The notes under the pieces: generated by a model | The model's input: only the letters and a program-made list of their open reading frames with translations | Databases searched by the model: none | Told to the model about the DNA's origin: nothing | Part shown: one piece after another, positions 23,137-37,075 of the stretch | Position numbering within the stretch: the first letter of the stretch is position 1 | Layout: the number at the start of each line of letters is the position of its first letter | Translations under genes and position numbers: made by a program | NCBI GenBank assembly: GCA_020891255.1 | Contig: BQFW01000004.1 | Span: 372,001-436,000, forward strand | Direction: 5' to 3' | Source of the DNA: Entomortierella parvispora E1425 | Taxonomy: Eukaryota > Fungi > Mortierellomycota | Length of the DNA: 64,000 nucleotides

Positions 23137-25589
23137 TTATCCCATAGGCAAACCGCAAATCTCGCAGTTATCGTCTCCATGGGTGTTCAAATACGTGCAG
23201 TGGCGACAAACCCAAGGGGCATGTGCCGTGGACGATTCGCCTCCACCACCTCCAGAAGATCCTTGTCCGCCGCTTCTTGAAGATCCTGCGCTCTCCTTCA
23301 AAACTGTCAACAGAGTTTGCCATCCTGGCATCTGCGCCAACTTGTTGGCATCCTCTTCTTGCTTCAACAAGGCAATCCGAACGAGAAGCGTCATCTCCTC
23401 CTATATTTGTCAACGAGATATTGTTTCAGGTTAGAAAAATTGTTGGAGGGTCATCCTTTTCACTTGGATTCACAGAAGAATAAATCATACCGCGTCGTTC
23501 AAGATGCCCATGCTGCGAGCAAACAGCAAAAAGTGAAAGTTGGACGCAACATCCACCAGCTTTCCAGATTCCAGATATCGGTGAAGTGCTCCAGCATCCT
23601 GACTGAACGCGCCAACTCTGTTCTCCACTGGGAAATCCTTAGTAGATGTGAACATAGGCGAGGCATTGACTGGGAATCCATGTGTAGCCTAACCAACGAC
23701 AACCCGAGAATTCAATTAGCATTGAGACCAGTACATCCACGAAAAAGGAGAATAAACGACCAAAACAAGACACTTACGTTCACCAAGAGATATTCAACTG
23801 GGAAGGAGGGTTTAGCATCTTTCTGAACGACAAGGTTGTACTCATTCTTGTACTTGAAAAACACATCCGGGATATAGCGCTCCGATGTGGGCTCCTTGAC
23901 TCGCATGATACCTGGCTCCACACTGGGCTCAACAATATCAGCCTCCACCATGCCAACGCAGGTATTGGAAACCTGGTATGAAGACACATCAATGTTGCCT
24001 TCCAGGTTGCCTGAAATGACGCAAGTAACGAATTTGGATCCAAAAGTGCCGGTCGAGGAATATTTGGTGGCGTTGGGGTGTTTTTGCTGCATCACTGCCG
24101 CAAACTGGCACTCCTGTGACGAGAAGAAGTAGGATCCAATGTGGCGCTTACAAAGAACGGTCCCTTTGCCTGATCCATCGTCCGTGAGGTCGGTGTAAAT
24201 CATGCCCACTCTTTGAAGGCCACAGGCAGTGGCCATCTCATCAGCTGATTTCTCTCCCTCGATAGGGGCCTCCAGTTTGAGACCTTCACTATCACCTTCC
24301 TGAGGAGGCTCATAGATAGCCTCTACTACAGCTTTGATTCCCAGCGGAACTTCTGGGTAGGGCTCATAGCGGCCATAAAGGTACCCGAATCGCTGAAGAC
24401 CAGTTGAACGCCAATATCCGATGAAATTGTCAATAATGGAGGCGCTAGAGAATTCAACATGATCGACCATACGGAAAGTCTTCGTAGATAGCAGAAAAAG
24501 TACGTTAGTCTTCAATCCAACTTTTTTTTAAGCCTGATATCAACATGGCCCTGGAAAAGACACATACCTGACGTTGCAAAGTGATAGCACTAGGCTGGCA
24601 TTTTGTGCAGATACTTGCAGGCCATGGAGGATGTCCCGAACTGCAGTTGGTCTTGACTTTGTACGATGGTTCTTCGAGCGAGGGAAGGGTGAGATAGTTG
24701 GTTCCTTGCTTTTTCTCATGGGATCCAAGCTTGCGCAGGTAGGCATGGAAGGACATGCTCTTGATCTTGTGCTCCTCCAGGTACGCGGGGTCAAAGGGTT
24801 CCAATGGCATACAATAGTCACACATGCCGTTTGAAGCATGTTTACAGCTAGAATATACCAGACAACAAAACAGCGCGCGCGTCAGTGACGAGCACTCTTC
24901 CTGCGATAGGTACTCTCTGCATACTCTCTAACAACAAAGCTTACAACTTCGCATCCTTGTCCCGCTTAATGAGCCCTTTCTGGGTGTCGAGGTAGTCGTC
25001 CACTGCGTCCTGGACAACAATATTCTGAGATTTTGCTAACTGAGCCTGTGGTGCAGCCTCTGCGAATCCAACATACAAGAGATCACCGTGCCTGATAGAA
25101 AATTAGTGGGCTATGGAGTCAGCATCCAGAAAAATGTAACGAAACCAACACTGGCACTAAGGCAGAAACACTTACTTGACTCCCAGTTCAGCAAGGGTCT
25201 TCCCTGAGAGGCTGTCCATAGGCGTGGCTCCGGCACTGGGTTGATCGCTGACGGTAATGGTCGAGGGGTCTGTGATCCTGAGTTCATTTGCAATCTGATT
25301 TTCAAAGATAAAAAGTACCGCAGTCAGTCAGTCAACCAGTCAAATGAATGAGCATTGGTCCATGGGCCGTTGGAATCTATGCACGGTCCTGCAAACAACC
25401 TCTCCATACCTTGTTCCTGAGGACGGTGATATCGTCCGTGGGGTTCACCTCTATCCGGTGAGTTCCCTCCTTGCTACGCACTCGAACAAGCTGGAGAAAA
25501 AAACGTGGCAATTAGCGTTCATCCGTGGTCAAGGAAATTTAACCACTGGAGAATTAATGTCTTCAATCCTGACAATTATTCATTACCAT
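23137..25589 (-). CDS. NPL4: Nuclear protein localization protein 4 (Cdc48/p97 cofactor); ATG-only first exon, multi-exon
   Basis: N-terminal UBL-like [13 protein letters not shown], zf-NPL4 motifs [10 protein letters not shown] and [40 protein letters not shown], and a C-terminal NZF finger [10 protein letters not shown]...CEICGLP. Confidence 0.96.
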
Positions 25590-25755
25590 GGTGCAGTTGT
25601 TGTGTGCGGTTGAGGATGGATTGGGTATTGGTAATGAAGTTGTGGTAGTGATGAGTGGAAGAAGAATGTAGAATGCGCACATACGCACCGTTACGCAACA
25701 CAGCATGGAATCGTGACTGCGCTTTATTCGACCGACGCGTCGCTGGTTCACGCAG

Positions 25756-26910
25756 CTAATTCAACGCGACGGATCCACGGTTCGGGCCTAACTTCCAGGC
25801 CACAGCCCTGATAGTGATTGAGGCATGGCGGAGGTCATGACCCATCTCCCGCTCGATCTCTGGAATCTCTCCTATCGTCTCGGAAGTCAAAACATCCCCG
25901 CCCACTGCGGAAGCAAAACTGGCATGGAACTCGGGAGGGTCGTAGAACTTTGGCTGCCCATACTTCTCAGCGATCACATCCATCTCAGCCACAAGGCTCT
26001 CCAACTATTACATGAAGAGGAAGACCAGCTTTGAGTTACCTTTTCGTTGCGATCGTACTTTGAAGATGAAGCTCCCTCTCAGCCTTACAAGCGTGTTCTT
26101 ACCTCAGCATGTCCAGCACCCACGCGAAAACTCACAAAGGATCGAGAACAGTCGTCGTTTGAAAAACATTGAAGCCCTGAAAACGATATTGTGAACTTTT
26201 TCCGAGTCTCAAATTTCTCTTTTAACTCGGCTGCAAACCGGTCGAGCTGTATTTGTTGCAGGTACAGTGGTCGGGTTAAGCTGATATGAAGTTCGGTAGC
26301 ATCACTAGCGTCTTCAGCATCCTGGCGTTCCGAGTTGGGTATCTTCATAGACTCTATAGATGGAAACAAGGATTCTATGGTGGCTGCTGACTCTCGAACA
26401 ATTTTTGACTCTCGCATGTGTTTGACAATGCTCGATGCCATATCAAACAGGTCCTCGGACAACTTCACTATCCCAACATGAGAATGAGGTGTCAGTAATT
26501 TTTAGGGAGACGATACTTATTAGATGAAGAAAGAGGCTCTATTACCTTCAAGATAGACATGTACAGGCCAAGATCCCTGAATGTGGGGTCGCTGACGAAC
26601 TTTTCCTCCATACTTTTGTGGATCTTCTGCGGGCCGTTCCCGATCTTTGAAGAGATCGGTGAATGTGGAAGGCAGCGGAGGTGGGGCCGCTTTTACCCTA
26701 TAGAGAGAAAGAGTAGAGTCGTTAGCCAATGAAAAGGTAGAGAGGGATTATTGCTACAGTTGCGACGTACCTCTTCCCGGAGGCAGAGTTGGGCTTGGAA
26801 GTGAGTGGCAAGGCACGCTTGTTGGCTGCCTTGACCTGCGCCAAGGTCACATTGCTGTTTGAATGAGGCTCGTCCTCGTCGGATGAGGAACCGTAATCAA
26901 CAAGGGGCAT
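25756..26910 (-). CDS. USB1: U6 snRNA 3'-phosphodiesterase USB1/Mpn1 (2H phosphodiesterase), multi-exon
   Basis: MPLVDYGSSSDE start, GSWPVHVY, the two HxS motifs (LHISLTRP and FHASFA), and PKFYDPPEF. Confidence 0.92.
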
Positions 26911-27223
26911 TCGTAAGTGAGCAAGGGAATGAATCCGGGGGGAAGGGAAATGGGCAAAGCAATGGGCCTGACTTAATGCAACACAAAGAGAGAGAAAGAG
27001 AGAGAGAGAGAGACGGGCGAAGCCAACGAAACGGACAGAGCGAGGCATCTGAGAAGGGGACCGCCAAATGAAATCGCGTCCAATTTCGTGGCGCATGTTT
27101 TGATTTCAGCACACCCAAACACCCAAGTCGCGTTCGGTCATGAACAGAGAAAAGCCAGCAGGGACCCGCTCCCTCCTTCTTCATTCCATTCACCCCTCAA
27201 TCCATCCATTCCCGCTTGCTGCC

Positions 27224-30200
27224 ATGGCCACTTCTCGGCCCATTCCGGAGCACCTCCTTCCCCTGTCTGCTGTCCTGGGTCCCGAGGTTGATGTCGCCAC
27301 TCTCGAGAAGCTGCATGCTCTTTCGAGGGGCGATGTCACCGCAGCCATCAATCATTACTTTGAGGGCACCTACCTTACCGCCGCCATTCCTGCACCTCCT
27401 CCTGGTCCTAGACCTGGCTCGATCGCTTCCTCTCCATCTCGGCAACGCCAGCTACCTTCAAGGAACGCAGCAGATTTGACACTTGACGACCTGGAAACGC
27501 CTCAGGCTGCGGACAGCCCAAATCAAAAGAAGCGCAAGGTTCACGATTCCTTCTTTCCAAAGTTCCTTGGAGAGCTCACCATTGTCGCTTATGCCCTCGG
27601 CGGTATGGTAAAAGTCAAAGCGGGAGACCAGGTGCGGTTTGAGCGATCCAAGCCGAACCCACAGCTCCAGCTCGGTCGCAAAAGAGGAGCCGGATCTGGA
27701 TCGGCATCGTCTGGTTGGGGAGGACGTGCGATGAAGGAAAACAATGTGGTACGCTTTACAACTATGGCTGGGTTCGAAATCGGAAGACTCCAGGTTGACA
27801 CATCTCGATGGGTTTCTAAGGTCATGGATTATGGTCTAGCAGAGTTTCAAGGAACTATCATCCTGGCGCCACCAATCCTGTGCACAGGAGCGGAAATCGT
27901 GCTGACTATGAAATGCTATCTGACTGCGGCTGCTTTCAAGGCTCTGGGAGGGAATAGCAGTGCATTCACAGGAAAGAGCAAGGCGATGGCAAATGACCGG
28001 CTAGAGACGGTGCATGAGCTAGACCTGAAGTACCGCAAGTACGCTATCAACGTCCTGTTTCGGGAACTGGCGTTGACGCCTGTTGCCACCAACTCGCCTG
28101 CCGGGCCCAGAGATGTCAATGTTGAACTGTTCAGCTCCACACCAGAGGAATCTTCAGTGGCGAATGGAGACGAGGATGAAGAAGAGAAAGAGCCCGAAGT
28201 TTCTGACAAAGAACTGGATGTACTGTACGAAAAGGCGCAGCAGCATGGACGCGAGTTTGAACCAATGGATGCCCCGCTATCCATGACCTACACTCTAAAG
28301 CCATATCAACAACAGGCCCTGGCGTGGATGTACTACAAGGAATGCTCGCAATCAAAGGACGAACATCAGACGTTGCATCCGCTATGGGAGGAATACGAGT
28401 TCAAAACTGAAGATGGGCAGGACATTCGATCGGATGATCCAAAGCGGTACTACTTCAACCCATACTCCAGTGAGCTGAGTCTTGAGTTCCCCACAAGCGA
28501 TTCTCTTTGCAGAGGCGGGATTTTGGCAGATGAGATGGGCTTGGGTAAGACGATCGAAACACTTAGTTTGGTCCACACCAACAAGTTTGATCGCTCCACA
28601 TTGGACACTCCAGAGCAGGCATTTGCAAGACTCTCTACCTCCAATACTGCTCCAAGGCGGCTTTCTCCCACAACTTTGATTATTTGCCCAATGAGTCTGT
28701 TGTCACAATGGCGAGATGAGGCAGTCAACTCATCGGATGGATCGCTCGGCGTGGAGGTCTACTATGGCTCCTCAAGAGACTGGACGGACGAAACTCTCAT
28801 TCAGCGAGATGCCCCTGACGTGTTGATCACAAGTTATGGAACTGTCATGTCAGAATACGCCTCCTTGATTGGAGGTCAGGACTCGAGCAAGCCTACAGAC
28901 CTAGAGGACGTTCGGACTCAAAACAAATGGAAAAAAGGAAGCGCACTATTCAATGGTAGGTCTTCTTGAAGGAGATGACTTAAACTACCTTACACATCAT
29001 AGTCCAATACTAACAGACACAACGCCTTTGCCACTCCTCATTATTCTAGTGGAATTCCACAGGGTTGTACTCGACGAAGCTCATCAGATCAAAGGAAGAA
29101 ATACGAAGACAGCGAAAGCGTGCTATGCCATTGATGCAGCAAGGAGATGGGTCCTTACCGGAACTCCTATCCAGAACAAACTCGAGGACTTGTTCTCGCT
29201 TGTTCACTTCTTGCGGTCTGAGCCTTGGTCCAACTTTTCATTCTGGAGAACATTTATCACCATTCCATTCGAATCAAAGGACAAGGACAAAGCTATGAAG
29301 GTCGTCACGTCAGTCCTGGAACCTTTAGTATTACGTCGAACAAAGTCAACCAAAGATGAATACGGAAGACCAATCATCAGCTTGCCAGAGAGAGTTATTG
29401 ATATTGAGTACTTGGAATTCTCTGAACCAGAAAACGACATCTATCAAGCATTGTTTAAGGATGGAAAGACAAAATTCAACCATTACTGCAGAGCAGGGAC
29501 AGTTCTTCGACACTACGCCAGCATTTTCCAATTACTCATGAGGTGCGGTGACTTCTAGGCGGAAATCAAATCAGTATATCTTTTTTTGATATATGTCTGA
29601 CCAACAGCCTCTCTTGTTTCCTTACTCTTGACCATAGGATGCGACAAGTGTGCGACCATCCATTTTTGGTAGTGGGAGCACACAAAGACAAAGAGACAGA
29701 GAGCCTCAAAGATGGACCCATCCACTTGGACGAGCTGATGGCAAAGTTCTCTGGCGAAGGTGAAGGACAGGAATCGTTTGGCGCGAGCGTCCTGCAAGGT
29801 TTGAAGACTGGAGCTGTTGCAGAGTGTCCAGTTTGTTTAGAAGACATGGACGGTGGTGTTCTTTTACCTTGCATGCACGCCGCTTGCCGCGGTTGTGTGG
29901 TGGACTTTCTTCAGGTATGTGCGCCTCTGCATCTCAGTGATTGGATGCTCTATTGAAGGTAAAATTTATTGACAAGTGCCTCTTTCATAGGCCCAAGACG
30001 ATGCAGGAAAACAGGGGGAGTGTCCAATATGTAGGCAGGGACCCATTACAGAAGATGACTTGATTGAATATACAACCTCAGAGGTCAAGTCGGAGGTAAA
30101 ATCCGAGGTATCGGACGTAGTCGCTGGTAACATCCTAGGCGGCCAGCAAGGAGGTGGTTCCGAACGAGTCATCCAAATCCGTCGCAATAACTTCAAGTCT

Positions 30201-30823
30201 TCCTCAAAGTTGGACGCACTAATGCGTCATTTGAACAGGATCAGAAAAGAGGAGCCGCGGACGAAATCGGTTGTGTTTTCTCAATTTACCGGCATGTTGG
30301 ATTTGGCTGAAGGTGTCTTGGAGCGCGACGGATTCCAGTTCTTGCGGTTGGATGGAACTCACAGTCAAGCGAGTCGTGAGAAGACCCTGCAGTTTTTTAA
30401 AGACCCCGACCATCCTGCACTGGTGATCTTGATCAGTTTAAGAGCTGGTGGAGTTGGACTCAACCTGACTGCCGCCAGCCGTGTCTACATGCTTGTAAGT
30501 CCCGTTTCGTAGCATAGACTGGACTTGACTATACTACTTTAGAGCAGTATGTTGACAACATCCCCCCTTACTTTTTCTTTGCCGTTTAATGCACTTAGGA
30601 TCCCTGGTGGAACTATGCAGTTGAATCACAGGCGATTGATCGTGTCCATAGAATTGGACAGGTACGACCTGTGGTCGTGAAGCGGTTTATTATCCAAGGA
30701 TCGGTCGAGGAAAAGATCTTGGCTATTCAGGGCAGGAAAAACGCACTAGCTTCTGGACTGGGCATGACCAAGGCTGAGTCGCAGGGCGCGCGTATGGAGG
30801 ACCTTCAAGAAATCTTTTCATAG
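27224..30823 (+). CDS. RAD5: DNA repair helicase/E3 ligase RAD5 (HIRAN, SNF2, C3HC4 RING, helicase C); 5 exons
   Basis: HIRAN region VVRFTT...EIGRL, RGGILADEMGLGKT, RVVLDEAH, LTGTPIQNKLEDL, RING CPVCLED...PCMHAACRGC...CPICR, SLRAGGVGLNLTAA and QAIDRVHRIGQ. Confidence 0.96.
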
Positions 30824-31232
30824 GAAGGGAATCGTCCTTTCCCTTTGTTGTATTCTATTTTTTTTTTTTTGGACCTGTCATCCCGATTGTACAAATTTCT
30901 CGATCCCGAATTACGGGAATAAACTAAATCGCTTATTTTGTTTTTATCCTGGAAATATTCAGCAGTCCCTTGTGTGGCTTGCGAAAAAAGAAAAAAGAAA
31001 AAAGTAAACAGCAGCTCTGCTCTCGTGCACACACATACTCCTGTCGCTGTTGTGCATTCCTTCGTTGTTGACCATTCAGCTTTTTTTCTGTCCAGTCCTT
31101 TTCATTCTTCATTCTTCTCTGTGACACTCTGGTTCCCATCTGCGCCCCTTGTCTCCTCTTGCATTCTGCATCACCCTTTGCATCACCACAACTCCGCCAC
31201 CCCCTACTCTCTTCTCATTACAATATAACACA

Positions 31233-33282
31233 ATGGCAAAGAGCAAAGCCAAAAAGCAAAAGACTGCCGCTGGAAGCCAGCCAAAGCCTATTGCTGATGT
31301 CAAGGCCATCACTGCCTTGAGCGAGGCCCGGTCCCGTAACCGTGGATTTGTGGCCCCAAAGAAGGACGACAAGCTGAAGCCCAAGGAGAAGTCTGAGGTT
31401 GAGCTCGAGAATTTGATCTTTGGCGATACAGACGAGCATATGGACCAGGCATTCTCCAGAGTTGGACACGAGTTGAGCAGTGATGAGGAGGACATTGACG
31501 AGCGGGACGAATTTGACTACGAAAACGAGGGCGGTGTCCTTCCTGGAGGAAACGACGATTTGTTCTTTATGGACTCTGGACCAACACCTGTCCCTGAGGA
31601 GGAGAGCGAGGGCGAGGAGACAGATGAGGAGGAACGGGAGAAGGCAAAACTTGCAGGTACAGTATCCATGGAGCACCACCATTACTCAACCTACTTTGGA
31701 CTTCATTGCTCTCTGAAGGATGACCCTAACATAGCCATTGTCTTATCACCATATGTATTCATTAGCCATCTACGGTGGACGACCAGCATGGATCGATGAG
31801 GATGACAAGTCCTTGCAGGTCTCGTTGAAGTCGGCAAAACGCCTGAAGAAGCTTCGCAAGGAGGAGGCAGAGGATGTTGTGAACGGAGTCGATTATGAAC
31901 AGCGTTTGAGAAGACAGTAAGTGAGAGGATACTAAAAATGCTCCTGCATGGTAAAGAATAGTTGTGCTTGTGATCAGCCTGCTAATCATATCTTCCTAAA
32001 TTCACAGGTTCGAAAAGGTTTACCCAGTTCCTAACTGGGCCCACCCCGAAGGATCCAGGAAGCGTGGTCGCGGTGGCGCAGGAGCAGACTCGGATTCGGA
32101 CTACTCGGACGAAGAGGAACAACACGAGGATACTTCCATCTTGATGACCAGCATGGGATTCCTCGAAAAATCAACAAAGCTCCGCACCCTTTCCTCAGAA
32201 TCAATCTCTGTCACCCGCGTTAAAAACGCCAACCAGATGGCCTACTCCCAGGCTGTGATCCAATCGGTCGAGTTCCACCCCAACTCTCAAATGTTGCTCA
32301 CGGCAGGATTCGACAGAACTTTGCGTTTGTTCCAGGTGGATGGAAAGCTGAACCAGTTGATGCAGACGGTCTTTTACAAGGACATGCCCATTTATAAGGC
32401 CGCATTCTCGGCGGCTGGCAATGCCATCGTAGCTTCGGGACGTCGCAAATACTTCTACACCTATGATATCCAGGCTGGTCGTGTTGACAAGAGTCAGGGC
32501 ATCTATGGACGACAGGAAAAGAGTTTGGAAAAATTTTCGCTTTCACCCTGTGGACAGTGGATTGCATTTTTGGGACGGGATGGTTATATCATCTTGGTGG
32601 CCACGAACACGAGGCAATGGGTCAAGAACTTCAAGATGAACGGCAATGTGCGCGCGATCGTTTGGTCCTCGGACAGCACGTACCTGTACTCTGTTGGAAG
32701 TGATACCGAGATTTATCAGTGGGAGGTGTCGACGGGCAAGTGTCTGCATCGCTTCATGGATGATGGCGGATTCAAGCCTACCTGCATAGCCATTTCGCCC
32801 AACGACGAGTTCATTGCTGTGGGGTAAGATTTCTTTCTCTACGTTCTTTCACCTATCATTATGTTGGAGAAAGAGAACCCATGTTTGCTCGTTAAAAAAA
32901 ACTGCATGCTAACATCCCTTCTCTCTGTTTGTTGGCATTCCCTAGATCCAAGAGCGGTATTGTCAACGTGTACGACCGTACCTGCTTAACGACGCGCAAC
33001 CCCAAGGCTCTCCGTGCTATTGGCAACTTGACGACCTCTATTCATACCATGCGATTCAACCACGATAGTCAGATCTTGGCCATCTCTTCCAAGGCTCGCA
33101 AGGATCAGCTGAGATTGATCCATATTCCTTCGTTGAAGGTGTTCCCCAACTGGCCCACAAAGGGTACACCATTGTCTTACGTGACCAGTTTGGCCTTCTC
33201 ACCACGGAGTGGATACCTGGCGATCGGAAACGACAAGGGCAAGGTGTTGCTCTACCGTTTGAACCATTACCCATCTGCATAG
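31233..33282 (+). CDS. UTP18: U3 snoRNA-associated WD40 protein UTP18; 4 exons
   Basis: KSEVELENLIFG, PAWIDEDD, YEQRLRRQ|FEK, SVEFHPNSQMLLTAG, and C-terminal LIHIPSLKVFPNWPT...AFSPRSGYLAIGNDKGKVLLYRL. Confidence 0.94.
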
Positions 33283-33376
33283 AACACCATAGAGCACAAA
33301 TATTCATCATCATCAATCAAAAATCATTTTTCAACCTCTCATCTTCATATGTTTATTCATATATTGGAAAAAAATT

Positions 33377-34306
33377 GTGCATACAGTATACTCGTCATTG
33401 TTAATAGCTCAGGCTTTATGTCTCCAGCATGCCAAACACAGGGCAGGCGCTGTCAAAGAGGTCATCCCTGTCCTCCAGGGCGGATCCTCAGGATCACAGG
33501 CCTGCCCCTTAACGAAGACTTGCACACGCGTCGAAGAACGCGCCTTCTTCCTTCCTCCCCTCCCCCATTTCCAGTGATAACATACCTCCCAGCAAGCATA
33601 GAACCCGATAGTCACGGCCAGACACCAAAGTGTTCATACGCCGACCATACTGTTGAAGAGCTGGAGCTATTGGACTCTGATGAAGAGGTTAGGCTCTTTG
33701 AATATTAATTCCTCCGTCGCAAACAAAAGGCTGGCATGAGGAACTAATGACTGAATGCCCATTTGTAGCTTGCCATTACCTTTGAAGAGCGCCAAGACTC
33801 CCTTTGAGACTGTGGCGGTGCCCGAGTCGACTCTCATCTCTTAACAGAACACAGGACCCGCCAAAAGTCACTGCAGACCAGGATGAGTTTAAAATGGCCT
33901 TCGAGCTGGTTGGAAGGAGGCGCTTGCCCTAATCAAGATGCCCGAGACGCACAAGACGACGGTCGCCCATATCCGCCATCTCTCAGGCCTCACACGACAG
34001 ACCAAGCGCAGGAAAAAACGCGATTGAAAGAACTTTGGATATCCAATCTGTGTACGACAAATTTAGGGACCATATCGTCTCTGAAAGCAAACACTTTCTG
34101 TTTCTCACTGGAAAGCAGAAAAAAGCTGAATGGGATCGACCTCTGGCGTCTAGCAAGGTTTGGGAAATGTGCACTGGATGAAGGCGCACCATATGGTACC
34201 CTTGGTACAGATCATATATGACCAGGGCACGGTCTACCGACTGGTCGTACGGACCCGAGGCATCATGGTACTCGGTGAAGTTTGTGTGTTCACAGTCCCC
34301 ATGCAC
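33377..34306. pseudogene. Possible decayed gene relic of unknown family
   Basis: Short protein-like frames on both strands, and one canonical-looking intron (GTTAGG...ACTAAT...TAG, ~33688-33768) with no long open frame. No family recognised. Confidence 0.25.
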
Positions 34307-34604
34307 CTAAACGCAATTGGCGCATTCCAAGCATCCCGGTATTGGAATAGTTCAGAGTAATAACCTTTAAATACTTCAGATCTGCAGTCACCACACGCGA
34401 AAGCTGCATGCTCATTCGATCTCTCTTTTTCTCCCTCTCTTACACACACACCCTCGCCGGATTCCCCGTTATCGCTCTCTCCGCGAAAATCATTGTGCAC
34501 GGTGGGCATCTTTTGTCAAGCAAGTTACACACTGGTCCTCTTTTTTTTTTCTGGCCATCCAACATTCTTCCTTTCCTCACTTCTGTCCCAACATCCATAT
34601 CACC

Positions 34605-35058
34605 ATGCTTTCAGTCTTTAAACACCTTGCTACCTTGAGTGTGGCTGTTGCTGTCTGCGCCACCAGCGCTCGCGCATCCTTGGACATTGTTGGTCCTGGC
34701 AATGGTAAAGCCCATTTGGTAACATATTTTTTGTACGGCCACGAAAGTTCTAATCACCGCTCAACCATGACTAGGAAATGTATGGGTAGTGGGCCTGCCA
34801 GCGATCATTGTGTGGAAGTTCAATTCCCCTTTGAAGGCCGACGACACAATGGTGATCTCCATCGTAGACATTACTTCTCCCAAGACGGTAACGATCCTGG
34901 ATAAGAAGGCTATCCTTGGACTCGAATACATACCTCTGTTGGCGGTCCCTGAAGTCGACTGTGGATCGAACTGTGTCCTTGAACTGTCTGCAACCTCGAC
35001 CACTGGTGGAGCGCCTACCGTTGCTCGCTCCGAAGTTTTCACAATCTTGAAAAAATAG
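34605..35058 (+). CDS. Small secreted protein, probably Ser/Thr-rich GPI-family (Kre9/Knh1-like) beta-sandwich, without an anchor; exons 34605-34704, 34775-35058
   Basis: Signal peptide MLSVFKHLATLSVAVAVCATSARA, then G|GNVWVVGLPAIIVWK and VPEVDCGSNCVLEL...SEVFTI*. It resembles the downstream gene. The family call is inference. Confidence 0.75.
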
Positions 35059-36260
35059 ACTTGGAAGCATGCTGAGATCTTTACAGGAAATGTAGGTCGC
35101 CACATTTGCATGCCATCTGAACGGGCTGTTTTGCGTCAAAGGGGGGAAGCCCTTTGGTTAACTTTCTTGAAAAATAAAGACCCCCGGCTGGGTAGTCTTG
35201 GCCGTCAGCCATCAATTAGAAGTACCTGAGATACCGAAGAGATTGAAACAACCAGCTCAGGTTCCTTCAATTGCGGTGATGGTTGTTGGAGAACTATATA
35301 TATCAAGCAAGCTAAAGCACTTGCTCTAGTTAGGCCTTTGAAAGGCAAGTCCAGGATGACTGTTCAATGATACTGAGACGGGAGTAGAGCAATCGCCTCC
35401 AACGTCTTCAGCTTGACTGCTGCGTCGAACATAATGATAGTCAGCTCGTATCTGGGCCCAAGACTGTCAGACACAGTTGATACAAAGGTTCTCGCAGATC
35501 AAATACCACAACCAAGGATAACTTTGCAAGAACGAACCGCCTTGAGTCCTGGCCTCGAATTGCAAGGAGAGAGGGGCCAGGCTCTTTGAGGTGGCGCAGG
35601 TGCTAGGTGCCAAACAAAAGCACGGCATTGACGTGGGTGGGGATGAGCTGAATCGGTGGTCAAAGCGTGAGACGATCTGCTCTCAAATGTGCAGGCGTTG
35701 ATGACTGTCTTCCAGACTTGGACAAAGAAAAGTTGCAGTCCCTTTCTTGTGCCATCCCCCCTTTTCCCCGTTCTCCCTTCGAACATTTTTTTTTTATTTT
35801 TTTATTTCGAGAAACGGTCAATTTTGCGATGAACTAGAGAGGAGAGTCAGGACCTCCGTTTTGTCGTGACTTTTTCGTGCAGAGAGAGAAGAAGGAGTGA
35901 GGAGGAGGAGAGGAGGGCGAGAGCTCTCTATGGTGTGGATGTGGGGTGTTATGTGAGTTGCCAGGAGACGCGTTTTGCTACCCCATGCATGGCGTTCCGC
36001 TGACAGACAATGATTGCCTATTACTGACCATTGTGGATGAACCTCTTGGCCTGTTACCTGGTTTCTTCATTCTCTTTTGTTGACCTCCTCATCCTCCACC
36101 CCTTCCTTCATTTTTATTTCTCTTCCCTTTCACTTCACATTCTTCTCTCTTTTCTCTCTTCCTTTCTTCTTTTCTTGCTCCTAGCGGCTCATCGGCATCC
36201 CATCAATTTTTTTTCACGACCCCACACGTTCCAACGGACAACTATTTTTACAACAACATC

Positions 36261-37035
36261 ATGATCCCCACCACTCGCTCTTTGACCCTCTTGGCAGCCG
36301 CCTTGGCAGCTTGCACCTCCACCGTCGTAGCTGATGTTTGGAGCACCGATCCTGTCGAAGGTACTTCCTCTTTCTAGGCCGCCCTTCTGAGGTCCCTCTC
36401 CCTCCCTCTCCCCCTTCCATTTTTCTTTGCAGGACAAAAAAAAAGGCGAAGGACGAGACTATTGTCGTGGCCTACGATCTGAAAGGAGCTTTTTTTCCAT
36501 TCATCAATCGATCCATCGTCTGTTTATTTATTTTGTTTAATTTTCTTTTTTCTTTCAGGAACGGAATGGAAGATTGGTGCACCTGCCAAGGTCAAGTGGC
36601 AGCTCAAATCACCCACCTCCCAAACGGATGTGGCCACCATTTACCTGGTCGGTGGTGATTCCACCGCCTACAAACGATTGGCGACTTTGGGCGAGAATGT
36701 GGTCCTGGGTGACCATGACGGAATACATTCCCACAACTTGGTGATCGCCAAGGTGCCCGAGGTGGCCTGTGGCTCCCAATGCGCGATCGAGTTTGAGATT
36801 GCGTCTCAGATCGCCAACAAGCAACGAGGCGATTATTACTCTCACCCGTTCACCATCTCGGCGACAGGTGATACCGTCGCCAAGGGCACAGCGGCGGCAG
36901 CAGGTGGATCGGCCGTTGTCACGGACAAGTCGGCCCCCAGTAAGGAAGTCAAAGGAATTGTTGAAGGAACATGGCGCTCAGTCTCTGGAATCTTTGCATT
37001 GAACACGACTCCTAACATTCATTATTTTCCTTTTG

Positions 37036-37075
<40 letters not shown>

